Shown: one piece after another, positions 43,966 to 55,133 of the stretch
How the letters are laid out: every line of letters starts with the position of its first letter
How positions within the stretch are numbered: position 1 is the first letter of the stretch
NCBI GenBank assembly: GCA_002478745.1
Contig: DLQI01000065.1
Location: 10,574-74,573, forward strand
Origin: Rhodobacteraceae bacterium UBA7436
GTDB taxonomy: Bacteria > Pseudomonadota > Alphaproteobacteria > Rhodobacterales > Rhodobacteraceae
Direction: 5' to 3'
DNA length: 64,000 bases
Position numbers and translations under genes: made by a program
Notes under the pieces: generated by a model
Seen by the model: the letters and a program-made list of their open reading frames with translations, nothing else
The model's database searches: none
Told to the model about the DNA's origin: nothing

Positions 43966-46095
43966 TTAGGGTCGGGTTTTACGAATGATCTCAAGGATAT
44001 CCTGGGCGGCATCCGGAATGTTTGTCCCCGGTCCAAAAATCGCCTTAACCCCATTGTCATACAGATACTGATAGTCTTGTTGCGGAATAACACCGCCACA
44101 GATAACGATGATATCCTCTGCCCCTGCGTCCTTCAGTGCCTGAACCAATTGCGGCGCTAGCGTCTTATGGCCCGCAGCTTGGGAACTGATCCCGATTACG
44201 TGCACATCGTTATCAACAGCGTCCTGTGCGGCTTCTGCAGGCGTTTGAAACAGCGGACCTACATCCACATCAAAACCGATGTCAGCAAACGCCGTCGCGA
44301 TAACCTTGGCACCGCGATCATGCCCGTCTTGGCCCATCTTCACGACCAACATACGCGGGCGGCGCCCCTCGACCTCGGCAAAGTCCTCAACAGACTTTTG
44401 GATCGCAGCAAAACCCGCGTCTCCCTCATAGGCAGCGCCGTAAACACCAGACAACATTTTGACTTCCGCGCGGTGGCGCCCAAATACGTCTTCCATCGCT
44501 GTGCTAATCTCCCCAACTGAGGCACGTGCACGTGCCGCATCGATGGCCGCTTCTAACAAGTTGCCACCCTCACTGGCGCGACGTGTCAATTCAGCCAAGG
44601 CAGCCTCACATGCAGCCGTATCACGGCTGGCGCGAATACCGTTAAGGCGGGCAATTTGGCTCGTCCGAACCGCGTCATTATCGATGTCCATAATATCGAT
44701 TGGGTCTTCTTTATCCAAACGGTATTTGTTCACACCGACGATCACTTCTGTGCCGCGGTCAATATTGGCCTGACGGGTCGCTGCAGCCTCTTCGATACGC
44801 AACTTTGGCATGCCTGACGCAACGGCCTTGGTCATTCCACCCAAAGCCTCAACCTCTTCGATCAGCTTCCATGCTTCTTCAGCCAGATCATGGGTCAACT
44901 TCTCAACATAGTAGGACCCTGCCAATGGATCGACCACATTGGTTACGCCAGTCTCCTCTTGCAGGATCAACTGCGTATTACGTGCGATGCGTGCTGAGAA
45001 ATCAGTCGGCAAAGCAATCGCTTCATCCAACGCATTGGTGTGCAAGGATTGCGTGCCGCCAAGGGCCGCAGCCATGGCTTCGTATGCAGTGCGCACCACG
45101 TTGTTGTATGGGTCCTGTTCTTGCAGAGATACGCCAGAAGTTTGGCAGTGGGTTCGTAACATGGATGATTTTGGGTTCTTTGGCTCAAACTCAGACATGA
45201 TGCGATGCCACAGCAAACGCGCGGCGCGCAACTTGGACGCTTCCATGAAAAAGTTCATGCCGATGGCGAAGAAAAAGCTAAGGCGCGGCGCGAATTTATC
45301 CACGTCCATACCTGCGGCGATCGCCGTGCGGACATACTCGCGCCCATCGGCCAAAGTGAACGCCAGCTCTTGAACCAAGTTCGCGCCAGCCTCTTGCATG
45401 TGATAACCAGAGATCGAAATTGAGTTGAATTTCGGCATCTCATTTGCGGTAAATTCAATGATGTCGGCAATGACCCGCATCGATGGCTCAGGCGGATAAA
45501 TATAGGTGTTACGCACCATGAATTCCTTCAGAATATCATTCTGAATGGTTCCCGCCAGCACAGATTTGTCATGCCCTTGCTCTTCACCCGCAACAATGAA
45601 GCTGGCCAAGATTGGAATAACCGCACCATTCATCGTCATAGAAACGGACACTTTATCCAGCGGAATTCCGTCGAACAGGATTTTCATATCTTCAACGCTG
45701 TCAATCGCAACACCGGCTTTGCCGACGTCACCAACCACACGTTCATGATCACTGTCGTACCCACGGTGAGTGGCCAGATCAAAGGCAACAGATACACCCT
45801 GCTGGCCTGCATCCAAAGCACGGCGATAAAAGGCGTTCGATTCTTCTGCAGTTGAGAAACCCGCATATTGGCGGATGGTCCATGGACGCCCCGCATACAT
45901 CGTGGCCTTCACGCCGCGCGTAAATGGTGCGGCTCCCGGAATCGTGCCCAGATGATCAACCTCTTTAAGGTCTTCTTCAGTATAGATCGGTTGGACATCG
46001 ATCCCCTCAAGGGTTTTCCATGTCAGGTCATCTACCGGGCGGCCACGAAGTTCGCTTTCAGCGATGCCCCGCCACGTGTCTGTCTTGCTTGTCAT
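43966..46095 (-). CDS. scpA: methylmalonyl-CoA mutase (B12-dependent)
   Basis: [39 protein letters not shown]12 motif; start MTSKT at 46095. Confidence 0.96.
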   Translation of the reverse strand: MTSKTDTWRGIAESELRGRPVDDLTWKTLEGIDVQPIYTEEDLKEVDHLGTIPGAAPFTRGVKATMYAGRPWTIRQYAGFSTAEESNAFYRRALDAGQQGVSVAFDLATHRGYDSDHERVVGDVGKAGVAIDSVEDMKILFDGIPLDKVSVSMTMNGAVIPILASFIVAGEEQGHDKSVLAGTIQNDILKEFMVRNTYIYPPEPSMRVIADIIEFTANEMPKFNSISISGYHMQEAGANLVQELAFTLADGREYVRTAIAAGMDVDKFAPRLSFFFAIGMNFFMEASKLRAARLLWHRIMSEFEPKNPKSSMLRTHCQTSGVSLQEQDPYNNVVRTAYEAMAAALGGTQSLHTNALDEAIALPTDFSARIARNTQLILQEETGVTNVVDPLAGSYYVEKLTHDLAEEAWKLIEEVEALGGMTKAVASGMPKLRIEEAAATRQANIDRGTEVIVGVNKYRLDKEDPIDIMDIDNDAVRTSQIARLNGIRASRDTAACEAALAELTRRASEGGNLLEAAIDAARARASVGEISTAMEDVFGRHRAEVKMLSGVYGAAYEGDAGFAAIQKSVEDFAEVEGRRPRMLVVKMGQDGHDRGAKVIATAFADIGFDVDVGPLFQTPAEAAQDAVDNDVHVIGISSQAAGHKTLAPQLVQALKDAGAEDIIVICGGVIPQQDYQYLYDNGVKAIFGPGTNIPDAAQDILEIIRKTRP

Positions 46096-47010
46096 GTCGT
46101 TGTCCTCTTTCAAATGGGCCAAACTGCGGGATATTTCCCGTTCCGGAGTGGTCCGTGTCCTCTGTCAGTATTGCCAACCCATCAGCACCCGAAATAAGCC
46201 AGTGCATGTCGTCAGCATATGCTTCGCGCAATTGCGCGTTTTGTATTTGGTCAAATGGTATCCAACGCTGTGCACGTTCTTGCGATGCCAAAGCGCACAA
46301 GCCCTCCATGTCGCCGCGTTCTACCAGTATTGTACGTAGCGCAGACAAGTTAGGCGCACGGTTCAACCATTCATCACCAGTATTAATTGGCGCGGCTTCA
46401 TCAAGACATTTTGCCAGCATCTGATCGGGGGTTCCCTGATACCGCTCAAAAGGCAGAACGCGAATTTCTGTGTCGGGTACGGCGCAGGCCAAATCGGTAA
46501 TCACATCACGCCAGGTCCGTTTTGCATTAGCAATTTTCTCGATGCCGCTAGGCGAAAGAACGCAATGCCCCCGCGCAACTCCGTAAGCAATCGAAGACGC
46601 CCAAAACAAGTCATGCGAGCGGATATTCAATACAACCCGTTTCAAACGCCCGTCAAAGGCTTGCGCAAAATACGCCATCCGCTCCCCAATAGCTGGATAA
46701 AGCGCGCGTTTGCGCAAATTATGGCGCACGGTTCCAATCATGTTTTCATCGCTGACGAGCAATTTACGCACGCCAGACTGTGCAGTGCGCGCCATTTGCA
46801 TCCGAACCCGCCCAACAGCCCGCGCCTGTCCCTTGTCGGGAAACGTCCCGAAGGAGACGGCACAATACCCGCAAACAGCCCTTGTCGCGTGCGCTGCGGC
46901 CCCCAATAGCCCACCTTACTACTGGAAAGTTCCGAATGGGACCTCCGCATATAACTTTGGAACGTCGTGCTACCGGTCCTATGGGCTCCGAGGTGAAGAA
47001 TGACATCCAT
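46058..47010 (-). pseudogene. conserved hypothetical protein (sulfotransferase/P-loop-like N-terminus), frameshifted near 46845
   Basis: MDVILHLGAHRTGSTTFQ... (ATG 47010) joins ..RAVGRVRMQ..LLVSDENMIG.. if one base is added; 953+1 nt = 318 codons. Confidence 0.7.
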
Positions 47011-47175
47011 GACGCGGCCTGCTCTTTTGACAAGGGCCGCCCCGTTCGGCCCTGATGCGAGGATCATAGCAGTCATGGCATTACACTCGTTTCAAACGCT
47101 TTAACGCTACATTTGCACCTTTGGCGGGTCGTAATCGCCGATAAAGGTACTATGTTAATCGTAACAGGAGTGCTC

Positions 47176-47631
47176 ATGAAACACATATTACCCGTTGTTA
47201 TAGCAGCTTTATTTGCCGGCCACGCAATGGCCGCAGACGCCATCGAAGTGACTGAAAACATCGTTTTCTCGCAGGCTTCAGAAACGGATTTGAACCAATT
47301 TGTATGGAAAAAGCGGCCCATTGTTGTCTTTGCCGACAGCGATGCCGACCCTCGATACACCGAGCAGATTGAATTGTTGATGGCAAAACTGCACGATCTA
47401 GAGGAACGCGACGTGGTTGTGTTGACAGATACAAACCCCAACGCGAAATCCGAATTGCGGCTAAAACTACGTCCGCGTGGCTTTATGTTAGCTATAATCG
47501 GCAAAGATGGTGGTGTGAAACTGCGCAAACCGTTCCCATGGGACGTTCGCGAAATCACCCGAAGCATCGACAAAATGCCTTTGCGCAAACGCGAACTGCG
47601 CGAGAAAAAGCGTGAGGCCAGCGAAGGCTGA
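47176..47631 (+). CDS. DUF4174 domain protein
   Basis: Signal peptide; W.KRP.VVFA, L.ERDVVV, IGKDGGVKLR, IDKMPLR..E; AGGAG RBS. Confidence 0.85.
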   Translation: MKHILPVVIAALFAGHAMAADAIEVTENIVFSQASETDLNQFVWKKRPIVVFADSDADPRYTEQIELLMAKLHDLEERDVVVLTDTNPNAKSELRLKLRPRGFMLAIIGKDGGVKLRKPFPWDVREITRSIDKMPLRKRELREKKREASEG

Positions 47632-47678
47632 CCCCACCCTATCATTTCTTGCGAAGTGGCGTTTGCACGGTCCATTGC

Positions 47679-49724
47679 TTATTCGAATTCCATAATGATT
47701 TCGTCCACTGCAAGGCTGTCGCCTGCACTGGCGTTGATCTTGGACACAGTGCCCTTTTTCTCAGCCTTTAGGATGTTTTCCATCTTCATCGCTTCGATGG
47801 TGCACAACGCTTGGCCCTCTTCGACCACTTCGCCCTCTTCTACGTTCAATTTAACAACCAGACCCGGCATCGGGCACAACAACAGCTTGGACGTATCGGG
47901 TGCAACTTTTTCTGGCATCAAGCGCGCAAGGTCGGCCTGACGCTCTGTGCGCACGTGAACCTTCATATCCGCACCACGTGTACGAATGCGGAAGCCACCG
48001 CTGATCTTACCCACTTTGAGAATAAGTGGCGCACCATCTACCATCATCTTGGCCAGTTGATCGCCCGGCGTCCAATCGCCTGACACGCGCATTGAAGTAC
48101 CATCCGCGAAGGTGACATTTGACCCGTCGTGATCTGCGTCGATCACCACATCCATAGATGCACCCTGCAACGCCACGTTCCAATCGGTACCCACTTTGCG
48201 TTCGTGATTGTCCATGCGGCCAGACACGCGCGCACGGCGAATTTCAGCAACACGGTGCATTGCTGCACAGGCCGCCGCAATGCGGCTTAGATCACGCTCT
48301 GGCAGTTCAACACCTTGGAACCCATCGGGATATTGCTCTTCGATAAAGGCGGTTGTCATCTCGCCTGCCACAAAGATCGGGTGATCCATCACAGCAGATA
48401 GGAACGGCAAGTTGTGGCCAATGCCTTCAACCTCAAAGCTGTCCAGCGCCACGCGCATCGCCTCGACCGCCTCGTCGCGGGTTGGGGCCCATGTGCACAG
48501 CTTGGCGATCATCGGATCGTAATACATGCTGATCTCGCCACCTTCATAAACGCCAGTGTCATTGCGGATCGCGACAGGACCAGCTGCTGCATCGCCCTGC
48601 CATTTGTCGTTGTCCAGCAACGGACCAGCAGCCTGCTCAGCAGGTGGACGATAGCGGGTCAAACGACCGATTGAGGGCAAGAAGCCACGATACGGATCTT
48701 CTGCATAGAGACGGTTTTCAATCGCCCAGCCGTTCAGCTGCACATCTGCTTGGGAAATGGTTAGTTTTTCTCCGTTTGCGACACGGATCATTTGCTCCAC
48801 CAAATCAACACCTGTGATGAGCTCGGTCACAGGGTGTTCTACCTGCAAACGCGTATTCATCTCTAAGAAGTAGAAATTCTTGTCACCATCAACGATGAAC
48901 TCAACCGTACCAGCCGATGCGTAATCAACGGCTTGGGCCAATGCCACAGCCTGCTCGCCCATCGCACGGCGGGTTTTCTCATCCAAAAACGGGGATGGTG
49001 CTTCTTCAACAACTTTTTGCTGACGGCGCTGAATGGAGCATTCACGTTCCCCCAGATAGATACCGTTGCCATGACTGTCGCACAAAACCTGGATTTCAAT
49101 GTGACGCGGCTGGGTGATAAACTTCTCGATAAAAATACGATCATCACCAAAGGAGTTTGCTGCCTCGTTCTTGGATGATTGGAACCCCTCGCGGGCCTCC
49201 GCATCGTTCCACGCGATACGCATGCCCTTACCGCCACCACCCGCAGAGGCCTTGATCATCACAGGATAACCAACCTGATTGGAAATTTTGACCGCGTCAT
49301 CCGCATCCTCGATCAACCCCATGTAACCGGGGACCGTAGAAACACCTGCATCTTGGGCGATCTTCTTAGAGGTGATCTTGTCCCCCATCTTCTCAATCGC
49401 GCCAACTGGTGGGCCAACAAAGGCCACGCCCTCAGCCGCCAAGGCCTCGGCGAATTTGGAGTTCTCAGATAAGAAACCATACCCTGGATGCACCGCTTGG
49501 GCACCCGAGGTTTTGACCGCTTCCATCACCTTATCAATAACAATGTAGGACTGGTTGGCTGGGGGTGGCCCAATGTGGATTGCTTCATCGGCCATTTGCA
49601 CATGCAAAGCCTGCTTATCGGCATCGGAATAGATGGCGACAGTACCAATACCCATTTTGCGAGCAGTTTTGATAACACGGCAGGCGATCTCGCCACGGTT
49701 AGCGATCAGGATTTTATTGAACAT
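47679..49724 (-). CDS. pccA: propionyl-CoA carboxylase alpha subunit
   Basis: LIANRGEIA, GGGGKGMR, EMNTRLQVEH, EAMKM biotin motif; context with scpA and pccB. Confidence 0.95.
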   Translation of the reverse strand: MFNKILIANRGEIACRVIKTARKMGIGTVAIYSDADKQALHVQMADEAIHIGPPPANQSYIVIDKVMEAVKTSGAQAVHPGYGFLSENSKFAEALAAEGVAFVGPPVGAIEKMGDKITSKKIAQDAGVSTVPGYMGLIEDADDAVKISNQVGYPVMIKASAGGGGKGMRIAWNDAEAREGFQSSKNEAANSFGDDRIFIEKFITQPRHIEIQVLCDSHGNGIYLGERECSIQRRQQKVVEEAPSPFLDEKTRRAMGEQAVALAQAVDYASAGTVEFIVDGDKNFYFLEMNTRLQVEHPVTELITGVDLVEQMIRVANGEKLTISQADVQLNGWAIENRLYAEDPYRGFLPSIGRLTRYRPPAEQAAGPLLDNDKWQGDAAAGPVAIRNDTGVYEGGEISMYYDPMIAKLCTWAPTRDEAVEAMRVALDSFEVEGIGHNLPFLSAVMDHPIFVAGEMTTAFIEEQYPDGFQGVELPERDLSRIAAACAAMHRVAEIRRARVSGRMDNHERKVGTDWNVALQGASMDVVIDADHDGSNVTFADGTSMRVSGDWTPGDQLAKMMVDGAPLILKVGKISGGFRIRTRGADMKVHVRTERQADLARLMPEKVAPDTSKLLLCPMPGLVVKLNVEEGEVVEEGQALCTIEAMKMENILKAEKKGTVSKINASAGDSLAVDEIIMEFE

Positions 49725-49845
49725 GTGATGTCCTTTTCAATATGGCGGGACTGGAAGGGGATCGAACAACGCAAAAATCCGCCCCACGTGAGCGGGACGG
49801 TCGATGCGTTTTCTTGTTTGCTAGTCGCCCGAAGGCGTTGCTTTG

Positions 49846-49968
49846 TTACTCTGCCGTCAGCGGACCTAGCAGCGAAATCTCTCCGCGGCTGGATGCGTCT
49901 TCTGGTTTCATACATGCACCGGTCAGCAAAGTCGCTGACACTGCAAAAATGCAGATCACTCGTTTCAT
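49846..49968 (-). CDS. small lipoprotein (40 aa)
   Basis: GAGG RBS; MKRVICIFAVSATLLTGA-C lipobox. Confidence 0.6.
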   Translation of the reverse strand: MKRVICIFAVSATLLTGACMKPEDASSRGEISLLGPLTAE

Positions 49969-50087
49969 AATAACTACCTCTAAACAGGGCTGTTTTCGCC
50001 CATTGAGGAATACGTAGCACAACCTGACGCGATTTAACATCACGTAAACTAAAGACTGAAAGTCGTTGCAGCGAAACATCACACTTT

Positions 50088-50294
50088 TTAGTTGCACTTC
50101 TGTGGGTAGATTTGGCAGTAAAGGAAATTACCCGCTGCACCAATGACAACACCTTTAACCGGATTGGCATCCGCAACGATGGCCAAACCAGCACCCGTTG
50201 CACCACCAAGCAAGGCTTGGTCTGCTCCCGTTTCGCCACAACCGGCAAGGATTGCACTGACACCAATCGCGGCGATGTATAGTTTAATTGACAT
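50088..50294 (-). CDS. small lipoprotein with glycine-zipper motif
   Basis: AAGGAG RBS; LAGC lipobox; GGATGAG...GVVIGAAG; C-terminal C..YPQKC. Confidence 0.8.
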   Translation of the reverse strand: MSIKLYIAAIGVSAILAGCGETGADQALLGGATGAGLAIVADANPVKGVVIGAAGNFLYCQIYPQKCN

Positions 50295-50625
50295 CTCTGT
50301 TCTCCTTTTTCCTCATTCGAAGAAACAGATGACAGGTTCGCAACGCGCTGTAACGCAGAAGTACAGCACATGCTCATTTCAGCAAAAATACGCCATATCA
50401 ATGTGTTATGGCAAAAAAAACTGGGCAACCCAAGGCTAAAACACTCGAGTTGCCCATAAGGGGAAGGGGTACGCAAACTTGTGCACTCACGTGAGTGGCT
50501 TCTGGGCACAGCCTGTGCGCAACTAGGTTTGCACGCCAATGCCCATCCCGCCAACCCACACATATTCAAAGCGCGAAAATCGGCTAAGCTTTGCTGGTTT
50601 ATGGCAGGTTGCAGCAACATTGCGC

Positions 50626-50973
50626 CTATTCCCCAATCGCTTCTGGGAAACTTGCGCGCGCAATGTTCACGTCTATGACGAGCAATGCGCCATAATCTTC
50701 CGGGTCAAAGTTATCGTCAGCCGGAATGACCTCACGACCGAACAACCAAGACAAGCGCCCTGCATCTAGATTGCCACGCTCAAAGGGGTGCTCACCAAAC
50801 TGTTCCCACAATGCTTCCATGAATCCTGCATCCGCACGGCGGTCTGCCGGTTTACGGTCACTCTTACGCTCGCGGCGTGCAAGTGCGGTCGCCCTTTTGG
50901 GATTCGCGCGGCGTAATGTGAATTGGAAATCTGTGCCCCGAAGTCGGCCCGGGAAACCGCGATGCTTCAGCAT
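50626..50973 (-). CDS. conserved hypothetical protein
   Basis: MLKHRGFPGRL.GTDFQFT.RR, FERGNLDAGRLSWLFGREV; GGGGGG RBS. Confidence 0.75.
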   Translation of the reverse strand: MLKHRGFPGRLRGTDFQFTLRRANPKRATALARRERKSDRKPADRRADAGFMEALWEQFGEHPFERGNLDAGRLSWLFGREVIPADDNFDPEDYGALLVIDVNIARASFPEAIGE

Positions 50974-51017
50974 GATGCTGCCCCCCTTGCCATTTGGCCA
51001 TCGGTTAGGGGTGTGGT

Positions 51018-51043
51018 CGGGGTGGGCGAAAACGCCCGCCCCG
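51018..51043 (-). terminator. hairpin downstream of small lipoprotein gene
   Basis: CGGGGTGGGCG-AAAA-CGCCCGCCCCG. Confidence 0.6.
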
Positions 51044-51051
51044 TAAGTGTA

Positions 51052-51198
51052 TTACTTGTATTTGCCTGTGTGCACTGGCTCAACCGAAATTGGGGCTGGG
51101 TCAATGACGACAAATTCTTCGACCTGCTGCTCGCGCGCACAGGCAGCAACGACAGCGATAAAGCCGAATGTTGCCAATAGTTTGATGCTCTTTGACAT
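51052..51198 (-). CDS. small lipoprotein (48 aa), absent from ORF track
   Basis: AGGAG RBS; MSKSIKLLATFGFIAVVAA-C-AREQQVEEFVVIDPAPISVEPVHTGKYK-TAA; followed by hairpin. Confidence 0.8.
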   Translation of the reverse strand: MSKSIKLLATFGFIAVVAACAREQQVEEFVVIDPAPISVEPVHTGKYK

Positions 51199-51412
51199 CT
51201 AAGTCTCCTGTCACTTTTAAATTGGGGCTTTGACACGGAATGTGTCGACGCACCTTTACTTGAGGTAAGGGGTTCTTGGGAAATCCCTGCAGGCAACATA
51301 GTGGAATCCTTGTTTGAAATATATCCGCTCAGTTCTAATCGGCGGACTTGTGGCTCGAAAGCCTCATAACGGACTATGGGCAATGTCCCTGTCGCAACAT
51401 CTTGTGGATGCA

Positions 51413-51820
51413 TCAAAATGCCTCCCAGATACAGACATCACTTTTAACCCGAAATGCTTCGAAAAACTGTGTGGCATCCGGGTTCGTTTCCCCAAACTCA
51501 ATTTTTTGATCCGCAATCGATACAACGACCAAATCACTTTTCAGATCATATTCAGCGATGTAGGGCACCGCAATTTCAGTGCAAAGATGTTCGATATCTT
51601 CAAAAGCACTATCGTAAGCCAAACCGCCCACATCCTTGTTTATTGAGGGCGCGATAAAACGAAACCGAAGCCAGTTCTCACCACTCACAGTATCGACCAG
51701 CACTTCATGCAAGGTCACAGACTGGCCCGAAGGCATATCTTGTGCCGCAACAACAAAAGGAACCGTTAAGCAAAACACACTTGCAATTGCACCGAACCAA
51801 TACCGACGTAATACCGACAT
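51413..51820 (-). CDS. DUF6497-like secreted protein
   Basis: Signal peptide; PSGQ.V.L.EV..D, W.RFRF.AP.I, QFFEAF....C.WE.F. Confidence 0.75.
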   Translation of the reverse strand: MSVLRRYWFGAIASVFCLTVPFVVAAQDMPSGQSVTLHEVLVDTVSGENWLRFRFIAPSINKDVGGLAYDSAFEDIEHLCTEIAVPYIAEYDLKSDLVVVSIADQKIEFGETNPDATQFFEAFRVKSDVCIWEAF

Positions 51821-52173
51821 TATACAGCACCCTTAAATCGTTGATATCCTGCGCATTTCAACCAGCGCGCACGGTTCTTGGGATTTTCCAAAACCGTTTG
51901 AATATCTGCTTCCAAAGTTGAGGCCACATTACCCATTACACGACCACCAGCCTCAATGTTCAATGCGCCATCGACTGATGTCACCTGAACAACAGGTGAA
52001 AAGCCCCGCAAACCCTGCAGCGCACGCCACATATCTTGGCGCACTTGCATGGCGATACGCACAGCACTGCCACCTGCCAACTGCGTGTTTGCAGAGACAT
52101 CAAAACGAGCGGGAAGCTGACGTGATACCGTCACCTGCCCCTCATCCTTTGTGATATGCCAGCCTTTTTTCAT
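51820..52173 (-). CDS. conserved hypothetical protein
   Basis: PARFD, QVRQDMWRALQ.LRGFSPVV; tightly coupled between pccB and next gene. Confidence 0.75.
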   Translation of the reverse strand: MKKGWHITKDEGQVTVSRQLPARFDVSANTQLAGGSAVRIAMQVRQDMWRALQGLRGFSPVVQVTSVDGALNIEAGGRVMGNVASTLEADIQTVLENPKNRARWLKCAGYQRFKGAV

Positions 52174-52176
52174 CGA

Positions 52177-53709
52177 TCAGAGCGGGATATTGTCGTGTTT
52201 TTTCCACGGGTTCTTCTGCGATTTACCGCGAAGCGATGCAAACGCACGACTTACGCGTTTACGTGTTGAGCGCGGTTGAATAACTTCATCGATAAAGCCA
52301 CGTTCAGCCGCCACAAATGGGTTGGCAAAACGTTCTTCATACTCAGCAGCATGTGCCGCGATTTTGTCTGGGTCACCCAGATCAGCGCGGTGAATAATCT
52401 CAGTCGCGCCTTTGGCACCCATCACTGCGATTTCAGCCGTCGGCCACGCATAGTTAAAGTCACCACGCAGGTGCTTGGATGACATAACGTCATAGGCCCC
52501 GCCATAAGCTTTGCGTGTAATAACAGTGACCTTAGGCACTGTTGCTTCGCCGTAAGCGAACAACAACTTGGCTCCGTGTTTAATTACACCGCCGTGTTCT
52601 TGGCTGGTACCAGGCAAGAAACCAGGGACGTCTACGAGTGTTAGAATTGGAATCTCAAAAGCATCACAGAAACGCACAAAACGCGCCGCCTTGCGTGAGC
52701 TGTCTATGTCCAAGCAACCTGCCAAAACCATTGGTTGGTTGGCGACAACACCAACGGTACTGCCTTCTAGACGAATGAAACCCGTCAGGATGTTCTTTGC
52801 AAAATCTTCCTGAATTTCATAAAAATCACCTTCGTCCGCAAGCTTATGAATAAGCTCTTTCATATCGTAAGGCGTATTCGCATTCTCAGGGATCAGCGTA
52901 TCAAGGGATAGCTCAACACGACCCGGCTCATCAAAGAACGGGCGAACCGGTGGTTTCTCACGGTTCGACAACGGCAAGAAATCTACAAGGCGGCGCACTT
53001 CGGCCAATGCCTCTACATCATTCTCAAACGCACCGTCGGCCACGGATGACTTCTTGGTATGGGTTGAAGCCCCGCCCAATTCCTCAGCAGTGACAACTTC
53101 GTTAGTGACTGTTTTAACAACGTCCGGTCCAGTTACGAACATATAAGACGTGTCTTTTACCATGAATATAAAATCGGTCATCGCAGGAGAATAAACAGCG
53201 CCACCAGCACAAGGCCCCATGATCAAGCTGATCTGTGGAACGACACCAGAGGCCAGAACATTGCGTTGGAACACCTCAGCATAGCCCGCAAGCGACGCAA
53301 CACCTTCTTGGATTCGCGCACCACCAGAGTCGTTGATGCCAATAATTGGCGCGCCATTCTGAATCGCCATATCTTGGATTTTACAGATTTTCTGAGCGTG
53401 AGTTTCAGACAATGAACCGCCAAACACTGTGAAATCTTGGGAGAAGACATAGACCATACGGCCGTTGATTGCGCCCCAGCCCGTAACAACGCCATCACCC
53501 GCAGGTTTTTGATTTTCCATACCAAAATCAGTGCAACGATGGCTAACGAACATATCGAACTCTTCGAACGAGCCCTCGTCCAACAGCAAATCGATGCGCT
53601 CGCGGGCTGTCAGTTTGCCACGTGCATGCTGTGCATCAATGCGTTTTTGACCACCACCAAGGCGCGCCTGGGCACGACGGTCATTCAGTTCTGTAAGGAT
53701 ATCTTTCAT
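52177..53709 (-). CDS. pccB: propionyl-CoA carboxylase beta subunit
   Basis: [46 protein letters not shown]; start MKDIL at 53709. Confidence 0.95.
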   Translation of the reverse strand: MKDILTELNDRRAQARLGGGQKRIDAQHARGKLTARERIDLLLDEGSFEEFDMFVSHRCTDFGMENQKPAGDGVVTGWGAINGRMVYVFSQDFTVFGGSLSETHAQKICKIQDMAIQNGAPIIGINDSGGARIQEGVASLAGYAEVFQRNVLASGVVPQISLIMGPCAGGAVYSPAMTDFIFMVKDTSYMFVTGPDVVKTVTNEVVTAEELGGASTHTKKSSVADGAFENDVEALAEVRRLVDFLPLSNREKPPVRPFFDEPGRVELSLDTLIPENANTPYDMKELIHKLADEGDFYEIQEDFAKNILTGFIRLEGSTVGVVANQPMVLAGCLDIDSSRKAARFVRFCDAFEIPILTLVDVPGFLPGTSQEHGGVIKHGAKLLFAYGEATVPKVTVITRKAYGGAYDVMSSKHLRGDFNYAWPTAEIAVMGAKGATEIIHRADLGDPDKIAAHAAEYEERFANPFVAAERGFIDEVIQPRSTRKRVSRAFASLRGKSQKNPWKKHDNIPL

Positions 53710-53780
53710 CTTCAGCCCCGCTTGCGAATTTTTCATAGTGTATCAAGGCTTGCGCCCAGACCAAAGAGTCATTCGGAATA

Positions 53781-53828
53781 TTTGCAAATACTATTCAGAT
53801 CAAATTCTGCAAACTGCAAAGTTGCAAA
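53781..53828. promoter_or_regulatory. PccR/ScfR operator repeats upstream of pccB
   Basis: TTTGCAAA (53781-53788) plus tandem TCTGCAAA, CTGCAAA, GTTGCAAA (53806-53828). Confidence 0.7.
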
Positions 53829-53889
53829 ACGACCGCCTATTTTCACGCCCCTAGTGGACATCACTCAGCAAGCTACATACCTCTTTTAC

Positions 53890-55107
53890 ATGGAAAACAA
53901 ACCCAAGATCCGCTTTATGGATCGCAATACCCCGCCGCATATATTCACACTGATCGTTCTGGCAGGCATGTCGGCGATGGTTATGAATATGTTTTTGCCA
54001 AGCCTCCCACACATGTCGGAGTATTTCGGTGTTTCGAATGCAGTCATGGCGCTGTCGGTGCCATTGTTCCTGATTGTAAGCGCAACACTGCAAATCTTCA
54101 TCGGACCAATTTCTGACCGTTTTGGACGTCGTCCAGTTATCCTGGTTGGGATCGCGGTCTTTCTTGCAGCGACCATTGGGTGCCTTTTTTCCAACAGTAT
54201 AGGCACGTTCCTGTTCTTTCGAATGGTCCAAGCCGCCATAGCCGTTTGCATGGTTCTAAGCCGTGCAGTCATCCGGGATTCATTCGACCAAGAACAATCC
54301 GCCTCAATGCTTGCCTACGTAACAATGGGCATGGCCGTCGTTCCGATGATCAGTCCCGCAATCGGTGGTATATTGGACGAATTCTTTGGCTGGCACGCAA
54401 TCTTCTGGGCCTTCCTCATAATGGGTGCTGCCCTTTTTGTACTTATCTGGCGCGACCTAGGCGAAACCGCGAAACCATCGGGATTGACACTTTCACAACA
54501 ATTCAGAGAATACCCAGAGCTTCTGAAATCAAAGCGGTTTTGGGGCTACTGCCTTGCCTCGGCCTTCAGCTCGGGCGCGTTCTTTGCCTACCTAGGCGGT
54601 GGGCCTTTTGTCGGTTCAGACGTGTTTGGCATGTCACCCAAATGGGTTGGCATCTTCTTTGGTGCCCCCGCTGTCGGGTATTTTGTGGGCAACTGGTATA
54701 CCGGCCGTAACGCCAAGCGTTTGGGCGTGAACAAACTGATCCTCTGGGGTGCAATCGCAGTCACGGCTGGCACCGTCTTGATGCTGGTATTGTTCCTCGT
54801 TGGCCTTGGATCAGCCGTGACTTTCTTTGGCCTTATGACATTCGTTGGCCTTGGCAACGGGATGGTGATCCCGAACGCAACCGCAGGCATGCTATCGGTA
54901 CGCCCGCATCTCGCAGGTACCGCCTCGGGATTGGGCGGCGCAATTATGATTGGTGGGGGCGCGGGACTTGCATCGCTCGCAGTGTTCTTGCTCAAACCCG
55001 AAACTGGTGCCTATCCACTGATCATAATCATGATGATCACATCCATTTCAGCCGTCCTTGCGATCCTATCGGTCTATCGCCGCGAAGCACGCCTCGCGAA
55101 GGATTGA
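53890..55107 (+). CDS. Bcr/CflA family multidrug efflux MFS transporter
   Basis: NMFLPSLP, GPISDRFGRRPV, RAVIRD, AGTASGL; start MENKP at 53890. Confidence 0.9.
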   Translation: MENKPKIRFMDRNTPPHIFTLIVLAGMSAMVMNMFLPSLPHMSEYFGVSNAVMALSVPLFLIVSATLQIFIGPISDRFGRRPVILVGIAVFLAATIGCLFSNSIGTFLFFRMVQAAIAVCMVLSRAVIRDSFDQEQSASMLAYVTMGMAVVPMISPAIGGILDEFFGWHAIFWAFLIMGAALFVLIWRDLGETAKPSGLTLSQQFREYPELLKSKRFWGYCLASAFSSGAFFAYLGGGPFVGSDVFGMSPKWVGIFFGAPAVGYFVGNWYTGRNAKRLGVNKLILWGAIAVTAGTVLMLVLFLVGLGSAVTFFGLMTFVGLGNGMVIPNATAGMLSVRPHLAGTASGLGGAIMIGGGAGLASLAVFLLKPETGAYPLIIIMMITSISAVLAILSVYRREARLAKD

Positions 55108-55133
55108 TCCTTAGGATATCTTGCGCTTCTCAC

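Noticed and set aside
49706-50620. 304-aa ORF upstream of pccA
   Set aside because: No recognisable motifs; overlaps two better-supported lipoprotein genes in other frames
50967-51416. 149-aa ORF
   Set aside because: Overlaps the 48-aa lipoprotein gene and its hairpin; Ser/Arg-rich shadow composition
53437-55107. 556-aa version of the MFS transporter
   Set aside because: Extension overlaps pccB antisense and the operator region; real start about 53890
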